Positions 33,331 to 43,667 of a stretch of 64,000 bases of DNA are shown in pieces (positions within the stretch are counted from its first letter, which is position 1; every line of letters starts with the position of its first letter). The DNA is from Epithemia pelagica (taxonomy: Eukaryota; Protista; Bacillariophyta). Under the pieces are notes generated by a model. It saw only the letters and a program-made list of their open reading frames with translations. It made no database searches and was not told the DNA's origin. A program made the translations under genes and the position numbers. The stretch spans positions 1,488,001 through 1,552,000 of the forward strand of contig OX337231.1 of assembly GCA_946965045.2 (NCBI GenBank), read 5' to 3'.

Positions 33331-35967
33331 ATGAGCAACCAGGGAAGCCGACTCTTTCAAAGTCCGACAGTGTGGCAATGCCCGTTGCTCCGAAGTCTCG
33401 TCGACTCGGTTCGCTCGTCGTCCTCTGGCCCAAATGACGAGCCCCACCGAGAGGGACACTCATCATGGAGAATGAAACCATTGGTTACATCGGCGCATGC
33501 TCGCCCTTACTCTGTTCATTATCAGGAAAATGTTCAATCTTCCGACTGGAAGTTGTCACAATTCTCATCCCTCTTCTCACCCCGTCGAACATTCATGGAA
33601 GAAGGAGTGAGCTCGCAGTCGCTCAGCGCTTCTTCGCAATCCGACGACGACGACGTCAACAATAACACTGTTTCGAGTAGTAGCACCAAACGGCTTACTT
33701 ACGATTTTGTGATCATCGGACAGGGAAATTCAGGTCAAAGTGCTTTCAAGGAACTCCGAAGGCTGTGTCCTGGAGCAACGATTGCTCTCGTGGACGCCAT
33801 TCCCCGAAAGGGGTCTTGGACAACAACCTCCAAGACTACCTTGTACTCTCTCACATCTTCGGCATCATCATTTTTCTCCAAATTGGATGATTTTTATCCT
33901 CAAATGGCCACATCCATTGACCCGAAAGCTCGGATTGTGCGGCTAGGAAGCAGTGAAAACAAGAATAGCAGTTGCACCGAATTGCAGTACAAATGTGCTG
34001 CCTTGATTGCAACGGGGGCACGCGGTGCTCCAGTCCCCAGTTACCTCGTCGATAAACAAGCTTGGCCTTTTGTCTTGGAGCTGAGACCAACCATGTTTCC
34101 GCAACTACAACAACAACGGGTAAGCACAGAGAATGGAAAGAAACAAAAGCAGCCATCTCGGCGGCATTGTGTGGAACCAGTCGAATCTCGTAGACGCATC
34201 ATTGAAGTAGCGCGGCAAGGCAGAACAGTGGGAATTCTGGGAAGCGGCTGGGATGCAATCGACCTGGCCATTGCCTGTGCACATGCCTCTTCGGGAAGCG
34301 GTGGTCCTCGGAGACGAACAAGGGCGAGAAGAGATCGGCGGCCAACCCTTATTTACGGTGCTGTTGCTCCTTTGAGCCATATTCTTCCCCAATATCTTTC
34401 ATCCGCAGTTGCAAAGCGGTTGAGATCTAAACGCATTTTGACTCAGGATCGAACTCTGGTTCGTTATGTTAGTTATGATCGGCATGAGCCGGAAAAGAAA
34501 CTTGGTCTCTACACTGCGAAAGCCTACGATGTTATGGATTCACAGAAACTGAGTCTCGATTGGCTGATTGTTTCTCCCGAGGTTCGTGGACTCCGAGGGA
34601 ACGCGACGCTCCCAACGAACCAAGTCCCATTTCAACTACAAGCGAACGATGAGGGACGTGCTTGGTATCATAACTGGTCCCAGTTTTCTACGTCCAAGAC
34701 AGCACCGAACGAACCGCCTATGTTACTGTGTTATCAGGACGACGGGCGGCTTGCTGTCAATGCCGAGCTAAATGCTTGCTCTCGAGTCTATGCGGCAGGC
34801 TCTGTCGCCCGAGGAGGCAATGCGTTCTCGGGTGACGCCCAAGTTGCCGGTGGTGGTGTTCTTGATTCGACCGAGGCCGGTCAGGTTGCTGCTTCCAATA
34901 TGGCCAATCACTTTTACGAAAATGTGATTTTTTCCTTTCCTGGCAATGATCGAGACACGCAAAAAGATGCTGGAGGCTTTTCACATTTGCCAATCTGCAT
35001 CAAGGATCCTTTCCCAATCTGGAGATCTGATGTTTTGTCGTATGACAAGGACATACCGTCAAGCTTGTCGAGTGTAGGGATCACAGCCTTGTGCGTTGGT
35101 ACATGTGATTCAGAGCGATTAACCACACATGGTGTGTGGTGGACGAACCAGGCGACGCAACAACGCCTGTTGCGAAGTCGAATGTCCAAGTTGAATGACA
35201 GTGACGAAGAGGACAAACGCGAAACGACAAAAGTGCCACTAGGAAAAACATCTGTCTATGGCATTGGTGTTGTCTACTATTTGGATCGTACGGGACGTAT
35301 CAGAGGGATCATGACATGGGGCTTGCCGTTTACGAACTCAAATGATCGGAGCTTGAATCAAGAACTGGTGGACTGTATCAAGGAGATTCTCACGTCGAAA
35401 GAAAATCGAGGTCGCTCGGCGGGCACGTCAGAGTCATTTACTTATTTCTCGGAAGAGAGCACAAAGTTGGTACGAATGGCCTTTTCCCATAACCAAGAGC
35501 ATGCCGAGGACAACAGTAATGCGTCAGACTTGGCCACTGCGGAAGATTTACCAAGACCACTTCACAGATATACTCCAATTTGGATAAGCAAACTTGCTTT
35601 TCGAAACCGACAACGTCAGGGCTCAATGGCAGCTGGCGCTCTACGAGGAGAAGAAATGTTTGCCCCGTCGCTGTGCAACTTCACGCACGAAATTGTCCTT
35701 CCCTCACGTCCAGCTGCGGGAGTCGGGTTCTCCGATCCATCCAATCAGGCTTTCCAGACTGCACAAAACATGTACGAATATCAAGTCTGGGAGCTCAAGG
35801 AGGCACGATGGGAGGTCAACGAATTGTCAGCGTGCCCTCCCAAGGAAGATCCCATATGGATCCGGAAGGGACACGAGGATCGCAATACGAACGTAATCGA
35901 CAAACGAATGGAAGATATTGGCCGAGTCTTGGGAAGAAAGCAGACTCTTGGTAACAGAGAAATATGA
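33331..35967 (+). CDS. Apoptosis-inducing-factor-like FAD/NAD(P)-binding oxidoreductase
   Basis: FVIIGQGNSG, LIATGA, ILGSGW, LAVNAEL..SRVYAAG and YGIGVVYYL..IRGIMTWG match the AIFM1-type architecture; Ser-rich presequence-like N-terminus. Confidence 0.75.
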   Translation: MSNQGSRLFQSPTVWQCPLLRSLVDSVRSSSSGPNDEPHREGHSSWRMKPLVTSAHARPYSVHYQENVQSSDWKLSQFSSLFSPRRTFMEEGVSSQSLSASSQSDDDDVNNNTVSSSSTKRLTYDFVIIGQGNSGQSAFKELRRLCPGATIALVDAIPRKGSWTTTSKTTLYSLTSSASSFFSKLDDFYPQMATSIDPKARIVRLGSSENKNSSCTELQYKCAALIATGARGAPVPSYLVDKQAWPFVLELRPTMFPQLQQQRVSTENGKKQKQPSRRHCVEPVESRRRIIEVARQGRTVGILGSGWDAIDLAIACAHASSGSGGPRRRTRARRDRRPTLIYGAVAPLSHILPQYLSSAVAKRLRSKRILTQDRTLVRYVSYDRHEPEKKLGLYTAKAYDVMDSQKLSLDWLIVSPEVRGLRGNATLPTNQVPFQLQANDEGRAWYHNWSQFSTSKTAPNEPPMLLCYQDDGRLAVNAELNACSRVYAAGSVARGGNAFSGDAQVAGGGVLDSTEAGQVAASNMANHFYENVIFSFPGNDRDTQKDAGGFSHLPICIKDPFPIWRSDVLSYDKDIPSSLSSVGITALCVGTCDSERLTTHGVWWTNQATQQRLLRSRMSKLNDSDEEDKRETTKVPLGKTSVYGIGVVYYLDRTGRIRGIMTWGLPFTNSNDRSLNQELVDCIKEILTSKENRGRSAGTSESFTYFSEESTKLVRMAFSHNQEHAEDNSNASDLATAEDLPRPLHRYTPIWISKLAFRNRQRQGSMAAGALRGEEMFAPSLCNFTHEIVLPSRPAAGVGFSDPSNQAFQTAQNMYEYQVWELKEARWEVNELSACPPKEDPIWIRKGHEDRNTNVIDKRMEDIGRVLGRKQTLGNREI

Positions 35968-36163
35968 CAACGCACGATGGTCGAGCTTAATCTTCTAGAA
36001 GAGTACTTGAATACCTCTATGCTATTGACGACGTTTACCTCCACCTGTGTTAATATTATGCCCAAAATACGCATTATGCTAGACATGGGTCTGGACAACA
36101 CAAATGTTTCGTACGTTTGTGGCTGATAGGTGTAAGTTCATTGTCCCTCTAGAGACCATTCTG

Positions 36164-36260
36164 AAGCATCCAACACCACACGACAAGGTGTATTGCGACA
36201 ATCAGGTTAAAAGCATCCAACACCACACGACAATGTGTATTGCAACAATCAGGTTAAAAG
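36164..36260. repeat. 47-bp tandem duplication overlapping the DUF1294 stop codon
   Basis: AAGCATCCAACACCACACGACAA... at 36164 and 36211, two mismatches. Confidence 0.9.
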
Positions 36261-36498
36261 TAAATTGGTAACTTGACTTTCGACTCTTGTGGCGAACTAA
36301 ATACTGAGCAAGCCACGAACCCGGCCAACCACCCAAGAGCTCCAAAGTATGGAATCTCTCCTCGGATATCCGCCGCCCGTGTCTCTTCGAATTTAGCTTG
36401 TCCCAGATCAACAGGAAGAAACAAAGGGTGCTATTTATTAGAACCAACCATTTGTAGATGGAGAACCATGACGATGGTAAGAACCACCACAACATCAC
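36202..36498 (-). CDS. DUF1294 (YsdA-like) small membrane protein
   Basis: IWDK..SK..GRRISE..FHTLELLGGWPGS..AQ...RHKSRK motif. Confidence 0.88.
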   Translation of the reverse strand: MMLWWFLPSSWFSIYKWLVLINSTLCFFLLIWDKLNSKRHGRRISEERFHTLELLGGWPGSWLAQYLVRHKSRKSSYQFTFNLIVAIHIVVWCWMLLT

Positions 36499-36583
36499 TG
36501 CTTTCTGTTTGTTGACAAAAAAAATGACGAAGAAGAAACGCCAAAGAGTTCAGGCAATCTTCCGGGTTACATTCTCGCATTCG

Positions 36584-38125
36584 TTAGCTATTGAACGAGT
36601 CCATGCTACCTTCCAAAATCCGGCTAACCCGCGATCCACTAGCTCGTCCCAATGGAACAATCTGAGGTTTTAGAACCGCCTGTTGCTGGGAGGTGGAATC
36701 ATTCGGATCGGCAGGATTCTTGCCGGTTACCGAAGGTCCCGCTGGTACCTGAAACCTTTTGGCGGTAGGGAGCCCGGAACTACTCTCTACAACATCACCC
36801 CATGGACGTCCCAAACGAACCAGAGCTGCTCGAACCTTCAGGGTCGGTTCAAATTCAGCTCCCTCTTTAATTGTATTGCTAATGCCCGATGATCCCAATG
36901 CGGCAGGCTTCTTTGTGTCGTCTTCACCACCATCTTGGCTTGGATCCGTGGGGCGGAACCTAGCTTCTCCTTCATCGTCCTCGTCATCTGCAACCATTGG
37001 CCCCACCAAATCGGTAGGACGAGGAAACGATGGAAAGTGCCGTGGCACGTAGTTGGGATGACGCTCATCTTCATCATCGTAATCTTCTTCTTCTTGTTCT
37101 CCATCTGCTGTGGCTTCTCCCGAATCGTCGGCTTTCGATTTCTTGGACGGAGTAGTTCCCTCCCCTTTGGGCTTTTTATTTTCTCCACTTTTACCACCCT
37201 GCTCCATCGAATCACCTTCTCGTTTTCTCTTTGCCCCAGCTGCGGTCGCCACTGTAGTGTCTGGTTTGGCAGTAGAAGATGTGGATCCAAGCTCCCCCCA
37301 TTGTTGAAAAATCATGTCCGGCATATCATTCTCCTCTGTGGAAGAGGGCGTTGGTGTATCTCCCGGAGGATAGGTTTCGTGACAATGAAGCGAGTCGGCC
37401 GTACGCAGTAAGGACGAATGTACCGGATTGGCGGTATCGTTTTGCCAGACTACTGGAAAGGCTGGAATTTCATCCGGAAAGGGAGCATGCCATCCCTGTC
37501 CACCCAGCATCGTTTCCATGGCCGTCATGATCGGACTCGGTCCTCCCTCTACCGTCGTCAACGATGGACCGACTTTGCCACCGCCTGGAATCTCTTGTTC
37601 CTTGTCGTCGGACGATGATCCATCCTTGGTCTCCTCCTTCTCAGTTTGGTCGACAATGGGCTTGTGCCACTCGGGTCCAAAACAAAAGGCCGCCAATCCT
37701 TTCCACGACATGACTTCGGTCGGATCCATTCGAAATGCATTGGAATTTCCGCCCATGGAGGATGCATTGTTCCTGTTATTGTTGCTATTGCTGTTGTTGT
37801 GGGACGGGTCCGTTGTGTCGTGGAGGAGGGTGGTTCCCTGAGAATTGAGGAGGGCATCCATGTGGACTCGTTGGACCGCCTGTGACGTGCACTGCTCTAC
37901 AGCACGCAAACAATCCAAAATATTACAATGGGCACTGGACCGACCAGAGGCTTCGACTCCCAGGGCCAATGTTTGTCCCAGGCGATCCAAGTACGACACA
38001 AGGACCCCCGCCAAGGCATCCAAGGCTTCCTCCGACATTCGTTCCAGTCCCAGCCGCAAAGCAGCCGTGGCGACGGAGCGTCGCGCCGTCAAGTGACAAT
38101 AAACTTCATCCCGAGCTTCATTCAT
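36584..38125 (-). CDS. TAF8: TFIID subunit TAF8-like protein
   Basis: N-terminal BTP histone fold (ARRSVATAALRLGLE...EASGRS) and the HPNYVPRHFPSFP motif. Likely ATG at 38125; the in-frame ORF extends to 38290. Confidence 0.82.
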   Translation of the reverse strand: MNEARDEVYCHLTARRSVATAALRLGLERMSEEALDALAGVLVSYLDRLGQTLALGVEASGRSSAHCNILDCLRAVEQCTSQAVQRVHMDALLNSQGTTLLHDTTDPSHNNSNSNNNRNNASSMGGNSNAFRMDPTEVMSWKGLAAFCFGPEWHKPIVDQTEKEETKDGSSSDDKEQEIPGGGKVGPSLTTVEGGPSPIMTAMETMLGGQGWHAPFPDEIPAFPVVWQNDTANPVHSSLLRTADSLHCHETYPPGDTPTPSSTEENDMPDMIFQQWGELGSTSSTAKPDTTVATAAGAKRKREGDSMEQGGKSGENKKPKGEGTTPSKKSKADDSGEATADGEQEEEDYDDEDERHPNYVPRHFPSFPRPTDLVGPMVADDEDDEGEARFRPTDPSQDGGEDDTKKPAALGSSGISNTIKEGAEFEPTLKVRAALVRLGRPWGDVVESSSGLPTAKRFQVPAGPSVTGKNPADPNDSTSQQQAVLKPQIVPLGRASGSRVSRILEGSMDSFNS

Positions 38126-38381
38126 GGCGCTTCTTTTTTGTGGAGACCACACAGCAAGCGGCTCTCTAGAGCTACTCGCAACGTCGGAGAGTGGAGATGA
38201 GAGCGAAGGAGAAAAGTTTGCGGTCGTTGGTTGCAAAAATCCGGTCATGTCTCCCCCAAATAAAGCCCCGCGTTCGATCCACGCCCCCACTGATCTGTCA
38301 CTTCACCCCCAAAAAGTTTTTGACTTTTAGGGCGCGGAGATCTACCCCCAAGTAAGGGTGAATGTTCGCATGTGTGTCGTA

Positions 38382-38987
38382 AGGGCTGGGTAAGCCGATC
38401 CATGTTCGGCTAAGTAGGCTCAGTACATTAATCTACGTAGTACTATTTTCATCAGTGTAACAAGTGGGGCGGATGGTCTCAAATTGAAAACTTGCTGCCA
38501 CGAGAAACAATGCAAATTGGAAGCCATCACTCGACAATGGTGGAAGCCGTCACCCCCATGGCCATAACTTCCTCAATAATTGAGCCTGCCTGAATCACTT
38601 TTACAATAAGAATCTTTACTACTAGAGCAACTTTGCTTTCACTTTGATTCAGGCACCCTTGAAAAATGAATGAGTTAGGGCGGTCGTTCGATTTCATCAC
38701 TGCAGAAAAATGAGCGTACCTTTTCAGCCAACTTGGCAAATCTTCTGTAATTTCAGACAACAATTTCAAAGGTAAAGGCAAAGGACTTACGGTGGTTGGA
38801 TGTTTATGCGATGCATGGGTGAATGCATACGGCGTCACCGGATCTCGCCATCATTGTCGAGCGTTTTTGCATTTTTTTGAAATTCCGACCATTTCCGGCG
38901 TGACGTGTACTATGTGATTTTATGTACTCTACGTAGCTTAATGTACTGAGCCTACTTAGCCGAACATGGATCGGCTTACCCAGCCCT
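38382..38987. mobile_element. 606-bp MITE with TA target duplication
   Basis: About 59-bp TIR (AGGGCTGGGTAAGCCGATCC..., one mismatch), flanked by TA on both sides. Confidence 0.9.
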
Positions 38988-39032
38988 TACTTTCCGTGTG
39001 CAAACTCTTAGAATCCGATCACTAACCCCCTA

Positions 39033-39344
39033 ACTTATCACCGGAACATTGATGCGGGTGAAGGTGCGAGTGCGGGGGGTAAGCCCCCGCACTCGCATCA
39101 ACATTCCTACTAGAAACTTAACAGTTATCCGTAGTTTTGTCATGCGAGTGTGCTTCAACGGATAGAATGACAGACGATTACCGATACTCTTCAGCTTTGG
39201 CGCGGCAAATCGTTGCCCTCGCAGCCCTTGCATGCCCGCAGTGACTTGCACGCAATTTTTGCGAGCGCCCGCGCTAAATTTTTAGATTTGGAGTCCCCCC
39301 TCGCACTCGCACCTGCCCCCGCACCAAAAAGTAGCCTGATAAGT
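39033..39344. mobile_element. 312-bp MITE with TA target duplication
   Basis: Termini ACTTATCA/TGATAAGT, imperfect ~30-bp subterminal inverted repeat, and a perfect 14-bp hairpin (39065-39097). Confidence 0.8.
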
Positions 39345-39540
39345 TACCGTGTAATCCTCATGACTCACCCCCGCTGGGAGCTACGCGGCGATCGCCAAAG
39401 GAGAAAAGCCGGACAGCGAATCAAAAAATGAGGAAGCAAGAACAAGGCATTCCATTCATACAACAGTACTTACCAAAGGTCTCGCTATTCGCACTCAATT
39501 GCTTCGTTCCCATAAACCGCTTCCCAGTATAACCAACACA

Positions 39541-40356
39541 ATGCCACTCAATGTATCTCAAGGATCAGAAGACTTTCCCTCGATGCGAAACAGCAAGAGC
39601 GGAAAAAAGCTGACGATTGATTTTGAGACATTGCAGCAGCTGTGTCTGGCCGGTATCGAATGGTCGACCCATACACTTCGCAATCGAGTGCGTCTCGATA
39701 CCCTCCGCCCATTCCCCATGTTTATGGGAATCAACACGACAACATCTACGTCGTCACCCATGTGGTATTTGTCCGCCGACGCCTTTGGTCCACCCGTCAA
39801 ACATTTGGACAAGTCTACCTTGGAAAAAGTCAAGTCCCGATTGTCCCTCAATTTTGCCTTTTTCTTGACCAATTATGTCTTGGCCACCTTGATTGTGGCC
39901 TTGGTGGTGGCCCTCCTGCATCCCTCCATGCTCTTGTTTGTGGGTCTGTTGTACGGCTTGTGGGCCGGTCACACTGCCTGGGGCGACCATGACTTGCAAC
40001 TCTTTGGAGTGGAGTTGCAACCCTACTTGTCCAAACCGACTCGTGTCCGTGTCTTGTCCGTGATTACCACGCTCGTCTTGATATGGAAATGTTTGAGGCC
40101 AGTAATCACGTCGGCCCTGCTGTCGGCCGTAATGATTTTGATGCATGCCTTTTTACGAGATCCCAAACACATTGAATTGGCCGACACGGCAACGGCAACC
40201 ACCGACAATGGAGGGAGTGACGAGGATGCCGAAGGTGGTGGGTTGTTGTTGTACAAGGGTGAAATGACAGAATCCGCCGTTCTCGTCGAACGACCGGGAT
40301 CCAAACCAAGCACAAGCACAAATCGTTCGTCGGGTGGTGGTGGGGACGTTATTTAG
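39541..40356 (+). CDS. PRA1: PRA1 family protein (prenylated Rab acceptor)
   Basis: LRPF..F, SRLSLNFAFFLTNYVL, two long hydrophobic hairpins and HAFLR. Confidence 0.85.
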   Translation: MPLNVSQGSEDFPSMRNSKSGKKLTIDFETLQQLCLAGIEWSTHTLRNRVRLDTLRPFPMFMGINTTTSTSSPMWYLSADAFGPPVKHLDKSTLEKVKSRLSLNFAFFLTNYVLATLIVALVVALLHPSMLLFVGLLYGLWAGHTAWGDHDLQLFGVELQPYLSKPTRVRVLSVITTLVLIWKCLRPVITSALLSAVMILMHAFLRDPKHIELADTATATTDNGGSDEDAEGGGLLLYKGEMTESAVLVERPGSKPSTSTNRSSGGGGDVI

Positions 40357-41063
40357 AGAGAGAAAGAATCCCCAATGTCATTGTTGGACTACTACAATAG
40401 AGAGATGCATGACTGGAAGATTTGACTCGAGTCGATACACGACGTAGTGGGTGAACTGGGAACAATATGACAACCAAAAGGACTACCTCGTTACGGGATG
40501 GCTAACCGAACTAGTAATGAACATGCTCTACTAGATGCGTATGCGAACCTGTTTGCGTCTCTCAACGGGTGCACCATCAAAAACAATCTCGTTCGACCAT
40601 AGTTGTACAACTACCTACCTAGTAAATGATAGGTAGTCTGAAAGAGAGATGAGGGATGGAGGAAATGTTCATCTCTTTAGCGCTGGATGTCATTTCCGAG
40701 TGTGATACACTCAATCTAGATCCATGACCTGGTGCTCTGCATATTGTTGTTGGCCGTGATTGTGATAGCGATCCGTAAGACGTTGCGTACGGCGTATGGG
40801 GAGACCAACTACAGCTCTGCCGTGGAACATTCCACACAAGTAAGGTGAGAGAAACCTCCAAAAAAATGTAAAAGTCAGCTGATATCCTCGCTCAAGAGGT
40901 TATCTTGGTCCTTTTTTGTCTGTTCTTACGGAACGCCGTTGTCTCATCCTCCGTCATGGTGATCTGTAGGACGAGAGAGATTTTGTGGGAACACGGGGCT
41001 TAGCTGGCGTGCCCACTCGTCCCGAAATCCGACATCCACCGCCGGCACAACATGATTCGTGTA

Positions 41064-43667
41064 TATATCCATCTTCAGATTTAAGCCCCCATTTAGCAAA
41101 ATAAAGGCTTCTTGCCGATAAGCCCTATGTCACAGTACGATAATTAGTAGAGGAGACTTGTCCACTCACTTTCACCTCCCACCAACACACACACCAACAA
41201 CCGACACAACACACAAGCAAGAGAGCACAACCCACAACCCACACAACATGAACAACATCACAGAGTGATCCAGTCTTTAGGCTTGCACGACCTATTTTTG
41301 GCGTTCACAACAGAATCACATCGTCGCGCGGCGTTGTCTGTATGGAAAATAAGAGTGAAAGCCGGTGGACCGTCCATGTGCCACTCACCGACAAACGCAA
41401 GCTAACGCCTCTGAAAAATTTTGTGACCGGAAGCAGCAAGAAGTGTGCGTTCAACAAGAGAATGCTCCAGGGGATCGAGGCATCCATCTAGGTAGAACTC
41501 CCTGACGCACAGAAGAACAACCATGACAACTATGAATGAAACCTTTGCGACTCATCACCACCATCGAACTCGAATGGTGGTGGTGGAAAATGTCACAAAG
41601 CCAAGCACTCCTGGAGACTTGGTGTCCCGACACCAACGAGGGGCGTTGTTTACGGCTCGTGTCGCCAAACAGTCACAACCAACAACAACCACAACAACAA
41701 CTAACACGACAACGACTACCATGCCCAACCCAGCCACTACCTTTCAACCCGTCGAGCCGGAAGGAGTGGACGACGATGACTTTGCGTTGGAAGACTTGGA
41801 AGAAGCCAGTCAAATGCATGTAGACTCCTTTGATGAACATGAATTGAATTACCATGACGAGTACGAAGATCACAACGAAGAGAACAACACTAATATTCGA
41901 ATTACGGTAAGCACCGGGGATGACAAGGTGCAAGTTGTCTCGGATAGTAGTGAGAGAAATGAAAATGACTACCACGACGACGATGAGGAGCAATATCACG
42001 AGGAGAGTCCTAGCCATACGGTGGACCCGGATCTGTCTTATGGATCGCGAACTGGGATGGAGACTCCTCCAGTTCCTCAACGTCCAACCATGGTACAATC
42101 GCAAAGTCCAGTGCTTTCCGAATCGGGAGGTTCGTCCGCCTTTACCCCCACCAAAGCACATAGTTTGTCACCCTATCCACGCGTCCCCGTTCCAGCTGGA
42201 ACAGGAGGAGGAGGACGCATTGGACCACCACCCAGTCCTCCCTCGCCCAGTGCTCGAATTGTGCAACAAATGGCCACCGCCGGTACTGCGGGAGAAACCA
42301 TCCTTACCCCTGTAGCAACCAAGCCTCCTCGACCTGGAGTCGCCCAAAGTACCACAAGTAATCCTTCGACTCAACCACCACACACCACCATCATGTCCAC
42401 TACCACCATGTCCACTACCACCACACCCCCTGGAATCCCCAAAGCTCGAATTACTGTTCAAACATCAACCCCTCGCTATACAAGGAATCCACCCCCAGTA
42501 TCTCCTTCCTCTTCCACACGACCGATTGCAGCCACTCCGGTAGCATCGAATCTCGGCGAACTCTTGGGAGCTTCAGTGGCGCAACTCGGCAAGGGTCATC
42601 ATCATCATCATCCTCCGCCCACCTTGGACGACACTCCTGTCGTTTCCAATAGTCGCAAAGCGTTGGTTACGCCGGATTCCTCTCCGGCGCGAGATACTTC
42701 GTTAGTAGACAATGAACAGCATGAAACCGATTCGGATTGGTCCAAATCGGCCGTGGATCAAATGACCAACGCGGTCGACGCTTTGGCCCGGATTGGACAT
42801 TCCTTTCTTCAAGGACCCGTGCCTGCCAACCATCCTGCTCCGGCCTCTCAACAATCATTGTCGACGCCAGGGCATGCCCCCGAACCATTACAAGAGTCCA
42901 CGCAGCCGTCCCCAACGCCCCTTCATCCTCCCACGATACAGCATCCACAAGGACATTTCCATCCTCCCTTGCATCAGTACACACCCGCACTCCACCCGAA
43001 TCCGTCCACAGATGCAGCACCCGGACAGGCGCCCTTGCAGTCCCATCCGAACAACCACAACAGCAGCAACAACAACAACATGTCGGCACTTCCCCCTCGA
43101 GGTCCGCCGTCTCAAACGGGTATGGTTGGTCAACCTGTGATGGGAGGACCACCCGTTCCTCCTCAACGTCCTCCTCCGGAAGGTAGTGCTACCGAAAGTG
43201 CCTTGTCCGATGCCCTGGATAAAATGAATTTGGATGACCGATCCAGTGAACTGGAGGATCAGCAATCCTCGGGTCCTCAAAACGGTTTTTTGCTACAGTC
43301 GTCCTTGTTGCAAAACAGCGCCTTTCAGCAGCAACAGCAACATCTTCACCCTTCCATTCAACAACAACAACAACAACCGGGCGATGGAGATACCCGATCC
43401 GCCTACGGTCTCAGTCAGTCGCAAACCGGAACGGAACACATTTCCAATCAACGATTGCCACGACCGACTTCGGCACAGATTGCCGCGAGCTATGGATCAC
43501 GGGGACCCGCCGAATCGAACAAGAACAAGTCTGCCCAGCACTACAAAAAGCCAGGAAAAGGTCAAGACATTACGCCCATGATGAGGATGCGGAACAAGGA
43601 CCTAGTAACCAATGATCATCAAAGTGTCAATTCCAACGACGTGATATCACGAAGTCAGAGCCTCGTT
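41064..43667 (+). repeat. Segmental duplication copy A (promoter + first 715 codons of the 49833 gene)
   Basis: Aligns with 49372-51971 with at least ten substitutions and four indels (+2, +3, -15, +6). Confidence 0.95.

Larger units (their letters stand above)
38343..39383. mobile_element. Mutator-like mini element (119 bp when empty) carrying two nested MITEs
   Basis: Termini TACCCCCAAGTAAGGGTGA...GACTCACCCCCGCTGGGAGCTA match the elements at 55700 and 59826. 10-bp TSD CGCGGAGATC/CGCGGCGATC (9/10). Confidence 0.8.
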
